From NCBI GenBank assembly GCA_963665775.2, contig CAXXTF010000002.1:1376001-1440000 (forward strand): a stretch of DNA of 64,000 nt, written 5' to 3'. Below the pieces are notes generated by a model. It saw only the letters and a program-made list of their open reading frames with translations, had not been told where the DNA came from and ran no database searches. The stretch's first letter is position 1. Every line of letters begins with the position of its first letter. The DNA comes from Dehalococcoidia bacterium (GTDB lineage Bacteria; Chloroflexota; Dehalococcoidia; SM23-28-2; RBG-16-64-32). Below, piece after piece: positions 54,276 through 63,932 of this stretch. The translations under genes were made by a program, and so were the position numbers.

Positions 54276-55610
54276 TTACAGTATCGGCAAATAGCGCTTC
54301 AGTTCGTAGTCGGTTACGTGGCGGCGGAAGTTGCTCCACTCGATCTTCTTGTTGGTGAGCAGGCTCTCGAAGAGGTGGTCGCCCAGGCAGCGGCGCAACA
54401 GCTCGCTCCCCTCGGCGTACTCGATCGCCTCCCAGAGGCTGCCCGGCAAGTGGCTGATGCCATCCTGCTTGCGTTCCTCATCTGTCATCGCGAAGACGTT
54501 CCTCTCCACCGGCTGCGGGCAGGGATACTCCTTCTCGATTCCCTCTAGGCCGGCGGCGAGCATGGCGGCGAAGGCCAGGTACGGGTTGCAAGCCGGGTCC
54601 GGGGCTCTGTATTCGATGCGGGTGGCGCTCTCCTTGCCGGGCTTGTACTCAGGTATGCGGACCAGATCGGAGCGATTGCGGCGGGCCCAGGAGAGATATA
54701 CCGGGGCCTCAAATCCGGGGACGAGGCGCTTGTAGGAGTTGACCCACTGGTTGGTGACCAGGGTGATCTCCTTGGCGTGGTGGAGGATGCCGCCGACGTA
54801 GCTGCGGGCGAGGGCGGACAGGTGGTAGGGATCGTCGGCATCGAAGAAGGCGTTGCGCTCGCCCTTGAACAGGGACTGGTGAACGTGCATGCCGGAGCCG
54901 TTCTGGTCGGCCAGGGGCTTCGGCATGAAGGTAGCGTAAACGTTGTTCTTGAGGGCCACCTCTTTGACGACGAGCCGATAGGTCATGGTGTTATCGGCCA
55001 TTGTGAGGGCGTCTGTGTAGCGGAGATCGATCTCGTGCTGGGAGGGGGCGACCTCGTGATGAGAGGCCACGACAGCGATGCCCAACTCTTCCAGGGTGAG
55101 AACGGTCTCCCGGCGCAGATCGGTGGCGGCGTCCAGGGGGGTGAGGTCAAAGTAGCCGCCGGTATCCAGGAGCTCCGTGCTGTCTTGCCTAGCGAAATAG
55201 AAGTACTCCAGCTCTGGGCCTACGTAGAAGGTATATCCTAGGTCTGCGGCGCGCTGGAGGCTGCAGCGTAGGACGAAGCGGGGGTCGCCTTGGAAGGGGC
55301 TTCCGTCCGGGTGAAGGATGTCACAGAACATGCGGGCAACGCTGCGCTCCTGGGGGCGCCAGGGGAGGATGGCGAAGGTAGATGGGTCCGGCATCGCCAT
55401 CATGTCGGACTCGTCGATGCGGGCGAAGCCTTCGATCGAGGAGCCGTCGAAGCCGGTGCCTTCCTCGAGGGCCTGGGGCAGCTCCTCCACCGTAATGGCG
55501 ACGCTCTTGAGGAAGCCGAGGATATCGGTAAACCAGAGGCGGATGAACTTGACGTCGTGCTCTTTGGCCATCTGTAGCACGTAATCGATGCTCTGGCGGC
55601 GGTTATTCAT
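54276..55610 (-). CDS. glnA: Glutamine synthetase family, GSI-alpha-like
   Basis: [44 protein letters not shown]. Confidence 0.92.
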   Translation of the reverse strand: MNNRRQSIDYVLQMAKEHDVKFIRLWFTDILGFLKSVAITVEELPQALEEGTGFDGSSIEGFARIDESDMMAMPDPSTFAILPWRPQERSVARMFCDILHPDGSPFQGDPRFVLRCSLQRAADLGYTFYVGPELEYFYFARQDSTELLDTGGYFDLTPLDAATDLRRETVLTLEELGIAVVASHHEVAPSQHEIDLRYTDALTMADNTMTYRLVVKEVALKNNVYATFMPKPLADQNGSGMHVHQSLFKGERNAFFDADDPYHLSALARSYVGGILHHAKEITLVTNQWVNSYKRLVPGFEAPVYLSWARRNRSDLVRIPEYKPGKESATRIEYRAPDPACNPYLAFAAMLAAGLEGIEKEYPCPQPVERNVFAMTDEERKQDGISHLPGSLWEAIEYAEGSELLRRCLGDHLFESLLTNKKIEWSNFRRHVTDYELKRYLPIL

Positions 55611-55723
55611 CTGGTTCAATCCCCTGGCTGGCCCCGATCTTGATCAAACCATAAGCAGGAGCCTGCACCCTCGGGAGCAACGCGCCCGGGCCGGCCGGCT
55701 CACGGAGGCCGGGCGAGGCGGCC

Positions 55724-57166
55724 CTAGACGTCGAAGTAGAGATAGAACTCCCACGGGTGGGGCCGCAGCCGGACGGGGTCGATTTCAGCCTCGCGCTTGT
55801 ACTCCTGCCAGACATCCAGGACGTCGCCGGTGAAGACGCCGCCATCGAGGAGGAAGTCGTGGTCTTCCTCAAGGGCGCGCAGGGACTCTTCCAGGGAGCC
55901 GGGGACGGTCCGGAGGGAGGCTTGCTCCTCTGGGGTGAGGTCGTAGGTGTTCTTATCCAGGGGCGGACCGGGATCGATCTCGTTCTTAATACCGTCCAGT
56001 CCGGCCAAGAGCAGGGCCGGAAAAGCCAGGTAAGGGTTGCAGGAGGGGTCTGGGGGGCGGAACTCTATGCGCTTGGCCTTAGGGTTAGTGTTGTAGACCG
56101 GGATGCGGGCGGCGGCGGAGCGGTTGCGGGCGGAATAGACGAGATTCACAGGCGCCTCATAGCCGGGAACCAACCGCTTGTACGAGTTGGTGGTGGGGGC
56201 GCAGAAGGCCATGAGAGCGGGGGCGTGCTTCAGCAGGCCGCCGATGTAGTAGAGGGCTGTTTTGCTGATCAGGGCGTAACCCTCGGGGTCGTAGAAGAGG
56301 TTGGTGCCGTTCTTCCAGAGGGACTGGTGGACGTGCATGCCGGAGCCGTTGTCGCCGAAGAGGGGCTTGGGCATGAAGGTGGCGACCATGTTGTGCTTGC
56401 GGGCGACGTTCTTGACGATGTATTTGTACCAGAGTACCTTGTCAGCCATGCTGGTGAGGGTATCGAATTTCATGTCGATCTCGCCCTGGCCGGCGGTGGC
56501 CACCTCGTGGTGGTGGACTTCGATGGGGATGCCGACACCCATCATGGTGAGGATCATCTCGCTGCGGATGTCCTGGAGGGAGTCGTGGGGTGGGACGGGG
56601 AAGTAGCCCTCCTTGAAGTGGGGCTTGTAGCCCAGGTTCGGGTTCTCCTCGCGGCCGCTGTTCCAGGCGCCCTCGATGGAGTCGATGTAGTAGTAGCCGG
56701 AGTTCTCGGTCTGGTCGAAGCGGATATCGTCGAAGATGAAGAACTCCAGCTCCGGCCCCCAGTAGGAAGTGTCGGCGACGCCGGAGTTACGTAGGTGTTC
56801 CTCCGCCTTGCGGGCGATGTAGCGGGGGTCGCGGGTATAGGGCTGCTTCGTCAGCGGGTCGTAGATGTCGCAGGTGATGGAGAGGGTAGGTATAGAGCAG
56901 GCGGGGTCCAGCCGGGCCGTGTCAGGGTCCGGAATAAGGAGCATGTCCGATTCCTGGATCTTCTGGAAGCCGCGGATACTGGATCCATCAAAGCCGATCC
57001 CCTCCACCCAGATGGAGGTGGTGAGATCCTCCATCTCCGTGAGCTGTGAGGGTGGGATGGAGAAGTGCTGCCAGAGGCCCGGCAGGTCGTTGAACTTGAA
57101 GTCAACGATCTGGATGTTGTGCTCCTTGATGAGATCGCTGACTTTCTGGGCGTCCTGTGGCGTCAA
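55724..57166 (-). CDS. glnA: Type I glutamine synthetase, GSI-beta-like
   Basis: FDGSSIRGF, beta-type insert, [17 protein letters not shown] adenylylation-loop motif, RPHPWEF. Confidence 0.95.
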   Translation of the reverse strand: MTPQDAQKVSDLIKEHNIQIVDFKFNDLPGLWQHFSIPPSQLTEMEDLTTSIWVEGIGFDGSSIRGFQKIQESDMLLIPDPDTARLDPACSIPTLSITCDIYDPLTKQPYTRDPRYIARKAEEHLRNSGVADTSYWGPELEFFIFDDIRFDQTENSGYYYIDSIEGAWNSGREENPNLGYKPHFKEGYFPVPPHDSLQDIRSEMILTMMGVGIPIEVHHHEVATAGQGEIDMKFDTLTSMADKVLWYKYIVKNVARKHNMVATFMPKPLFGDNGSGMHVHQSLWKNGTNLFYDPEGYALISKTALYYIGGLLKHAPALMAFCAPTTNSYKRLVPGYEAPVNLVYSARNRSAAARIPVYNTNPKAKRIEFRPPDPSCNPYLAFPALLLAGLDGIKNEIDPGPPLDKNTYDLTPEEQASLRTVPGSLEESLRALEEDHDFLLDGGVFTGDVLDVWQEYKREAEIDPVRLRPHPWEFYLYFDV

Positions 57167-57293
57167 GTCTCTGTTCCTCCTTGAGATGCGGAATTGCTGG
57201 GGCTAATCGTAAGGCTAGCTGCTACCAATTAACCGGGGCTCACGTTACATGTTTATTAACGATGGTGAGCCTGTGCCCTGATCCGGAGCGCTT

Positions 57294-57547
57294 CTAGACG
57301 ACGCTCTCCCCCCTTTCGCCGGTGCGGACACGGATGGCATCGCTGACCGGCATCACGAAGATCTTGCCGTCGCCTATGTTTCCCGTCTGGGCGGCCTTGC
57401 AGATCACAGAGATCACCTCGTCGGTCTGGCTGTCTTTCACTATGACGTCGACGTCGATCTTGACCTTTGGCAGCATGTCTTTCTGGCAGGTCTGGCCGCC
57501 GCGGCCCACAGCTTCTCGGGGCGGATGATCGCTTCTATCTTCTGCAT
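57294..57547 (-). pseudogene. glnK: P-II (GlnK) gene with internal deletion and frameshift
   Basis: MQKIEAIIRPEKL is joined out of frame to GRGGQT..DMLPKVK...TGNIGDGKIF; about 30 codons missing relative to the 53072 paralog. Confidence 0.82.
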
Positions 57548-57562
57548 GTTTCGGTTCGCTCC

Positions 57563-58912
57563 TTATGAGGCTTCGCTGCTGCCTTGCGGCGGTGCGGGCT
57601 GGGGGGTGGGGGCGGGCGTTCCGGCGGGGGCGATGGGACTCGCTTCCTCGAAGATGTAGCCCCGCTCGCCGTGTTGGGAGACGTCCAGGCCCAGCTGCTC
57701 CTCCTCTTCTGTTATACGCAACCCCATCACTCTGTCAAGCACGAGGAGGATGACGCCGGTGCCGACGAAGGAGAAGCCCCAGATGGCGCCGATGCCGGCC
57801 AGCTGCTTGGCTAGCTGGCCACCACCATCGCCATCGATGAGGCCGGCCCCTCCGCCTATAGCGGCGACCGCGAAGATACCGGTGGCGAAGGCGCCCCAGG
57901 TGCCGCCCACGCCGTGGACGCCCCAGACATCGAGGGAGTCGTCCAGGTTGAGCTTAATTCGGAGCTGGACGGCCAGATAGGTGAAGAGGCCGGCGCCGAT
58001 GCCGATGAGGAGGGCGGGGGCGGAGTTCAGGTAGCCGTCAGTGCCCGGCCAGGAGCCGATGAAGCCGGCGGCGGGGGTGATGGCAACCAGGCCGGCCACG
58101 GCACCGGTGGCGGCCCCTACTATGCTGGGCTTCTTGTGGAAGTACCAGCTCAGACCGACCCAGGTGAGGGCGGCGGCAGCGGAGGCGACATGGGTGACGA
58201 CGAAGGCGTTGGTGGCGAGGCCGCCCGCCGCCAGGGCGCTACCGGCGTTGAAGCCGAACCAGCCGAACCAGAGGAGCACGGCGCCCAGTACCACCATACT
58301 CACGTTGTGGGGCTCCATGGGCTCTCGGCCGTAGCCTAAGCGCCTGCCGAAGATGAGGGCCGCTACCAGCGCCGCCACGCCGGCGTTGATGTGGACCACG
58401 GTACCGCCGGCGAAGTCCAGGGCGCCCAGCTCGCCTAGCCAGCCGGTGGCACCATTGGCATCGAGGGCCCATACCCAGTGGGCGACCGGCGCGTACACTA
58501 TGGTCACCCAGAGCACGGTGAAGACCATGAGGGTGCTGAACTTGGCCCGCTCGGCGAAGGCGCCGATGATAAGGGCCGGGGTGATAACCGCGAACATCAT
58601 CTGGAAGACCATGAAGGCTTGGTGGGGGATAGTCGTGGCGTAGATCTCGGATGGCTCCAGCCCCACGTTTCGGAGGCCGAACCAGGAGAGGTCGCCGATG
58701 ATGCCACCTCGGTCAGGGCCGAAGGCCAGGCTGTAGCCCCAGAGCACCCAGACCACGCTGACGACGGCCAGGATGGCGAAGCTCTGCATGATGGTGGCGC
58801 TGGCGTTCTTGTTGCGCACCAAGCCGCCGTAGAAAAAGCCTACCCCCGGCGTCATAAGCATCACCAGGGCGGCCGAGATGAGAATCCAGGTCGTATCGCC
58901 CGTATCTAGCAT
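57563..58912 (-). CDS. amtB: Ammonium transporter
   Basis: FQMMFA, DFAGGTVVH, WFGWFGFN, DDSLDVWGVHG, QHGE. Confidence 0.96.
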   Translation of the reverse strand: MLDTGDTTWILISAALVMLMTPGVGFFYGGLVRNKNASATIMQSFAILAVVSVVWVLWGYSLAFGPDRGGIIGDLSWFGLRNVGLEPSEIYATTIPHQAFMVFQMMFAVITPALIIGAFAERAKFSTLMVFTVLWVTIVYAPVAHWVWALDANGATGWLGELGALDFAGGTVVHINAGVAALVAALIFGRRLGYGREPMEPHNVSMVVLGAVLLWFGWFGFNAGSALAAGGLATNAFVVTHVASAAAALTWVGLSWYFHKKPSIVGAATGAVAGLVAITPAAGFIGSWPGTDGYLNSAPALLIGIGAGLFTYLAVQLRIKLNLDDSLDVWGVHGVGGTWGAFATGIFAVAAIGGGAGLIDGDGGGQLAKQLAGIGAIWGFSFVGTGVILLVLDRVMGLRITEEEEQLGLDVSQHGERGYIFEEASPIAPAGTPAPTPQPAPPQGSSEAS

Positions 58913-58968
58913 GGATGATCCTCCCTTATCTATTTGCGACAACTTATCACGGGGTCAGGGGGAGGCAT

Positions 58969-59006
58969 GTTACGGGCGTGTTACGCGGCGGTTAAGACTA
59001 TGTTAC
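58969..59006 (-). promoter_or_regulatory. Four 11-bp-periodic direct repeats upstream of amtB (GlnR/OmpR-type operator)
   Basis: GTTAC at 58969, 58980, 59002 and GTTAA at 58991 (minus strand GTAAC-n6-TTAAC-n6-GTAAC-n6-GTAAC). Confidence 0.7.
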
Positions 59007-59316
59007 GGGGGTGGCGCGGGAGACTACGGGTCGTCGGCATCCTCATTCCTCGTTAACGCATCGGCTGCGGTTGGATCCAGGCGAAGGCCCTTGGGCCGAT
59101 CGGGCGGCCGTTATCCTCCCGTAGTCCCGATAGCCGGCGCTCCGGTGCTCCACCGCCATCGGCCCCGCCCAGGAGCCACGCCGGCGACTGCTTGACTCCA
59201 GGGTCAGTGCCGCTATTCAGCCATAGCGTGCGGAAGCGAACCAGGCCCAATCCCTCAACCGGGAACAGATCATACCTTTTAGCCCTTTCGTCCGTTATAG
59301 CAACGGAATAGGGAGG

Positions 59317-62004
59317 GTGACAATGCGCCCAGGATGGCAACTGTCTCTCGTTGTTCTCGCTCTGTTGGCCCTCGCCGCCGCCTGCGAGGACAAGGCGGAG
59401 CTATCGCCGGCCGCGTCTGAACAAGCGCCTACAGCGACGCCCTCGCCGATGCCAACGGCCACGCCGGCACCAACCCCGACGCCAACGCCGACGGCGACGC
59501 CCGCGGCCGGCGCACCCGCCGAGGTCCAGGCGTTAGTGGACGCCGCCCTCTCCGGCGACCCCGAGGCGCTCCGCCCGTTTCTAGATTATGCTGCTATCCC
59601 CTGCAGCACCGCTATACCCGTGGGCCCTGGCGGACCGCCCTTGTGCCGCGAGGGTGAAGCTGACGGCACTCTTGTCGATGTGTTGTTCCTTTCGAGCTGT
59701 GAGGGTGGGTACTCGCGCCCTGACGAGCTCGATCGGACGTTGGTCACGCTGTCGGATATCGACTTCTATGCTGTCTACCGAATGCCGGAGCGGTTCAACG
59801 CGTCGCCCTTCGCCGCCGAGTACGTGGCGATATTCTCGCGGATAATCGAGGGGGAAAAGGAGGATACCCAGGGCCTAGCGGGGCTGCTGGTCGATGAGGG
59901 CAAGCTAGTCGCCGTCATGTTTGGCTGTTTCCAGACGCCGGAGCAGTTCGTCGAGGCCTGGCAGCTGGAGGACGTCGTTGTTGCGCCGGCTTCGCCTCCG
60001 CTCGCCTCTCCTATTGCACCGCGATCGCCAACGATCACCCTTGACCTCCTTGCGCTGGAGTTCGGCAAATGCGGCTATTTTTCCGTTAGCGGGAAGGTCC
60101 TAACCACGAGCGGTTCGATTTCACGCCTAACTTGGCATTGGGGTGACGGCAGCATGACCACTAACCAGCTTCCAGCGTCACACCAGTACTCGACTAATGG
60201 TACCTATGAGGTGGAGGTAGGCGCGTTTTCCAGCACCGGCGATGCCGAAGCCCACGTAACAACTATTGCCATTGACATCACCAACGCTGACGACCCCGCC
60301 TGCAAAGGCAGCGTGCGAGCGCATCCGACAACCGTCATCCTCAGGGACGGCAAAACTACTGAACAACTTCGTCTTGAGATACGTGGCCCAAGCGGAGAGC
60401 TCGTTTCGCCGATTGGACGGGAAGTCATCTATACGAGTAGTGATCCCTCGCTGGTTCAAGTGGATGCATCGGGTGTGGTGACTAGCACCGGCTTCGGGGA
60501 GGCCGAGATTAGGGTATGGGTGGAAGGTATCGCGAGGCAGGGAACGACAAAAGTGATCGCCGGGCACTTTCGCGTTGAACCCCCGATCCTGCTGCTTTCC
60601 GTGGCCGATGAGCCGACCGGTGCCCTCATACTGAACGTGGCCAACGCCGACGGCACGCCGGTGAATCTGGCTGGCCGGAACATCAGCTTCTTCGGTGGAA
60701 ACAGTGTGGCGAGCGTAAACGGTACAGGGATGGTCACGGCCCATCGCCCTCCTCAATCGTTTGGTGAGACGCCGTATATCAGGGCAAGCGTGGATGGCAA
60801 TGCATCATCTAACGCCGCCGTAATAAGAGTCACTACCAACACTCTCGGACTTGACATGTTCCTCTTGGAGCAGTCCAACGTCGCCTTCTATATCCCTGAG
60901 CAGATCGGCGACTTCAACTATCGCCAGGTCTTCAGCGATTACGACATCGCTCGCATCATTAATCTAGCCTATGAGTTTGAGGCACAGCTCAGCGGCCTGC
61001 GTCCTTTCGATGCTGCCCTCCAGTATCTCGTCGGCGAACCCTATCCAGGCGACAGTACCGGTCCATGCGGGCTTTCTGGCAATCCGATCCGCCTTGGCGC
61101 AGATGTCGACAACGTCCAATTCAGCTGCCTGGCTGTGACGTCCCGACCAGCCATTCCCCACTGGGCTGTCTACTTACACGAGTTGGGCCACAACTTTACA
61201 TTTGCTTCGGTGCGCTTCGCTCAGTTCAAGCGTGGCAGCAACGTAGGCAATAGCAACTTTATCTACAGCGAAGCACTGGCCTCGATCGTGGGACTGTACG
61301 CCGCCGAGATGATGCAGAGAGAAGCAGCCCAGTACGGAATCCCTGCTAGTACGGTTGAGGCGGTGATGTCCCAATTCGGGCACGCCGAAGAAACACCAGC
61401 CCTTAGCGATTACATCGAGAGCGGGTCAGTGTACTCCCAGATCAACGTTGCCGTGCTATACGACATGATGGCGACAATCGTAGATAACTACGACGGCTAT
61501 GATACGTTGTATCGCTTCTTTTCCGTGTTTCTTCCGAGCGACGTCCCTCTTCCGTTTAATATCGACTCCGATGCCAGGCAGGCAACCTTCTTCGTCGCGG
61601 CGATGAGTGCTGCCGATGAGACTAACTTACGGCCGCTCTTCAGGGAATGGGGCTTCCCCTTGGATGACACCTATTACGATCAGATCTATCCCCAGGTGGA
61701 ACAGATGGTAGCCCAGCGTGACCCGGCGGCAAATGCGGGCAGAGATCGAGTGATACCGTTGGGACAAGATGTCGTACTGGACGATGCTTACGTCTTCGAC
61801 TGGGAGGGCGACCCGTTGACTCTCACCTGGGAAGTCGTAAGTCAGCCGCCCGGCAGTGCAGCCTTCTTTTCCGATCCGACAGGTCTGCACCCTACTTTTT
61901 CCGCGGATACGGTCGGCGCGTACGTCCTCACGCTCACAGCTCAGGGCGGAACGGTCGCCGGCATCTCTGACACAGTTACCGTCTCCGTTACGTTGACGCC
62001 CTAG
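59317..62004 (+). CDS. Multidomain lipoprotein: P/T linker, PKD, Ig-like repeats, HEXXH metallopeptidase-like domain, C-terminal PKD-like domain
   Basis: Lipobox AAAC; WHWGDG...HQY..NGTYEV; YTSSDPSLVQVDASGVVT; HELGH...SEALA; PAANAG.D...W. Confidence 0.75.
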   Translation: MTMRPGWQLSLVVLALLALAAACEDKAELSPAASEQAPTATPSPMPTATPAPTPTPTPTATPAAGAPAEVQALVDAALSGDPEALRPFLDYAAIPCSTAIPVGPGGPPLCREGEADGTLVDVLFLSSCEGGYSRPDELDRTLVTLSDIDFYAVYRMPERFNASPFAAEYVAIFSRIIEGEKEDTQGLAGLLVDEGKLVAVMFGCFQTPEQFVEAWQLEDVVVAPASPPLASPIAPRSPTITLDLLALEFGKCGYFSVSGKVLTTSGSISRLTWHWGDGSMTTNQLPASHQYSTNGTYEVEVGAFSSTGDAEAHVTTIAIDITNADDPACKGSVRAHPTTVILRDGKTTEQLRLEIRGPSGELVSPIGREVIYTSSDPSLVQVDASGVVTSTGFGEAEIRVWVEGIARQGTTKVIAGHFRVEPPILLLSVADEPTGALILNVANADGTPVNLAGRNISFFGGNSVASVNGTGMVTAHRPPQSFGETPYIRASVDGNASSNAAVIRVTTNTLGLDMFLLEQSNVAFYIPEQIGDFNYRQVFSDYDIARIINLAYEFEAQLSGLRPFDAALQYLVGEPYPGDSTGPCGLSGNPIRLGADVDNVQFSCLAVTSRPAIPHWAVYLHELGHNFTFASVRFAQFKRGSNVGNSNFIYSEALASIVGLYAAEMMQREAAQYGIPASTVEAVMSQFGHAEETPALSDYIESGSVYSQINVAVLYDMMATIVDNYDGYDTLYRFFSVFLPSDVPLPFNIDSDARQATFFVAAMSAADETNLRPLFREWGFPLDDTYYDQIYPQVEQMVAQRDPAANAGRDRVIPLGQDVVLDDAYVFDWEGDPLTLTWEVVSQPPGSAAFFSDPTGLHPTFSADTVGAYVLTLTAQGGTVAGISDTVTVSVTLTP

Positions 62005-62103
62005 TGCATGGGGACGACTACTTCGCCGTATAGTCCGCCCGGTGCCGCAGGGGGGTTACGCGTAAGTTCGCGAGGCTGCCGGCCCTCGCCTTTCCGGCAG
62101 GCT

Positions 62104-62250
62104 AGGCAGCCCGGCGCAGGGAGCAACACCGTCTTCGCGGGCCGTGGGCTGGCCTTCAGTCCAGACGTGTTTTACAAACTCAACCAGCTACAGACGGGTG
62201 ATACGATCAGGCTCGTCAGGGAAAACGGAACGGTGCTTCTGTATTCAATT
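62104..62250 (+). pseudogene. Sortase (class F-like) fragment
   Basis: PGAGSNTVFAGR...VFYKLNQLQTGDTI...GTVLLY; catalytic His position reads Arg; no TC motif follows. Confidence 0.55.
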
Positions 62251-62482
62251 CACATACTGGGCCTAGCATTATCCAGCCATGTTTCCGACTTACCTGCGGC
62301 CATCGCTGGCGGTCGCCACTCTATTCACACACCATTAACTCATAGTGTCGCGCCGTCGATTGATTCGTTTCGGCCGATTCGCTCCCGTTACGTCCCACGT
62401 TCTCCGCCGCCTCGCTTGACTTCCTCTTGCAGCAGAGTGATGAATGCAACACGGCCTTCTATATCTAAGTGTGGGGGGGAGC

Positions 62483-63457
62483 ATGGAGAGAAACGGCGAC
62501 GGCAACGGTAGCCACCAGCGGGACCTGACGGGGATCATCGAACTCTACCTCACCTCCTGTCGCATCGAGGGGAAGTCCAAGGAGACCATCCGGTCTTATC
62601 GGGAGACCCTTGGGATCTTTACGAATGTGATCGAGGAGAAGAGACTACCCGAGGATCTCGCCTCCTTCACCGCTGCCCACGTCTACCAGTTCCTGGGGTG
62701 CGTGGCCGACACCGGCGTCTCGGCCATGACCCAGTGGCGCCGGCAACGGGAGACCAGAGCCTTCTTCTCCTGGCTGATGCGTCATGACTACGTGGCGACC
62801 AACCCGTTCTCCAAGGTGAAGAACATCAAGGTGCCGCAGAAGGTGATTCGGCCCTTCTCCCAGGAGGATGTCCTGCGCCTTCTCGCCTACTGCCATCCCT
62901 CGACCCACAAAGGGGGCAGAGACCGGGCCCTCATTCTCGTCCTGCTGGACACTGGCCTTAGGGCGACCGAGTTATGTAACCTTCTGCTGGAAGAGGTCGA
63001 CTTTGAGACTGGGCGCATGCACGTCAGTCACGGGAAGGGGAACAAACAGCGGGTGGTCCGGTTTGGGGATGAGGCGCGCCGGGCCATCCAGCACTACCTG
63101 GGACGGTTCCGAGGCGGTGGCCCCGGGCCGCTATTTCTGACCTGCCGGGGCGGACAACTGTGCCGGACTGCCCTGCGGACCATCTTCCAGAGGCTGGGCC
63201 AGAAGGCCTCTCTACATCACGTACATCCGCATCGCTTCCGCCACACCTTCGCCACCTGGGCCATCGAGCAGCAAGCGAGGGAGATTGACGTACAGGCGCT
63301 TCTTGGCCACTCCACGCCGGCGATGCTACGGCGCTACACGGCGACCTACGATGCCGAGAAAGCGGCGCAGGCCCACGTCCTGTTCAGCCCGGCAGATCGC
63401 TTGAAGGGGAGGCTAGCGGAGGGTAGCCCGATTTCTGGGAAGGCCCGATTAGCCTGA
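62483..63457 (+). CDS. Tyrosine recombinase/integrase
   Basis: SAM-like N-domain; DTGLRATE, GKGNKQR, HPHRFRHTFA, LLGH, RRY catalytic set intact. Confidence 0.94.
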   Translation: MERNGDGNGSHQRDLTGIIELYLTSCRIEGKSKETIRSYRETLGIFTNVIEEKRLPEDLASFTAAHVYQFLGCVADTGVSAMTQWRRQRETRAFFSWLMRHDYVATNPFSKVKNIKVPQKVIRPFSQEDVLRLLAYCHPSTHKGGRDRALILVLLDTGLRATELCNLLLEEVDFETGRMHVSHGKGNKQRVVRFGDEARRAIQHYLGRFRGGGPGPLFLTCRGGQLCRTALRTIFQRLGQKASLHHVHPHRFRHTFATWAIEQQAREIDVQALLGHSTPAMLRRYTATYDAEKAAQAHVLFSPADRLKGRLAEGSPISGKARLA

Positions 63458-63705
63458 AGTTTCCCTAAAGGTATCCTCAAGATTCTGAATCTAGCGCCTT
63501 AGCAATTACCCTATCAATAAGGGCCCTCTCGGCTGGGGCGATCGCCCATGTAAATCCACCGAAGATTCACCGCAGGTTTACCGCAGGTTTGATTTGAGCC
63601 ATTTAGCAATTGGGCCCCTCAGCGAGGTCCCGTTTCACCCTGTTCTTACCCCAGTTTCACCTCAGTTTTTGAATCTAGGGCCTTAGCAATTAGGGGTGAG
63701 AGCGT

Positions 63706-63752
63706 GACTTTTAATCCGGGAGTCGTGGGTTCGAATCCCACCGGGCCCTCCA
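63706..63752 (+). repeat. att-type duplication of tRNA-Lys 3' half
   Basis: 47 bp identical to 47884-47930. Confidence 0.93.
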
Positions 63753-63869
63753 ACTCTCATATGTAAGGGGCGGAACCCGGCGGATAGCGGGTCTTGGCCC
63801 TAGACCCCCGGAGTGAATATCCGGGACTCTACATCGAGTTGCCACCTAGCTCTCGAAGACTTTAGGGGC

Positions 63870-63932
63870 CAACTGTAGAGCACCTGCTTCCCACGTAGAG
63901 GGCCGTGGGTTCGATCCCCATCGCCCGCTCCA
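63870..63932 (+). repeat. tRNA-Gly(CCC) fragment lacking the 5' acceptor strand
   Basis: CAACTGTAGAGCACCTGCTTCCCACGTAGAGGGCCGTGGGTTCGATCCCCATCGCCCGCTCCA. Confidence 0.72.

Larger units (their letters stand above)
47931..63752. mobile_element. Tandem genomic islands integrated at tRNA-Lys (a further unit starts at 63753)
   Basis: tRNA-Lys 3' half repeated at 52592-52641 and 63706-63752; tyrosine integrase next to the last copy. Confidence 0.75.

Noticed and set aside
63870-63932. Functional tRNA-Gly(CCC)
   Set aside because: The 5' acceptor strand GCGGGCG is absent and the anticodon stem is mismatched; treated as a fragment.
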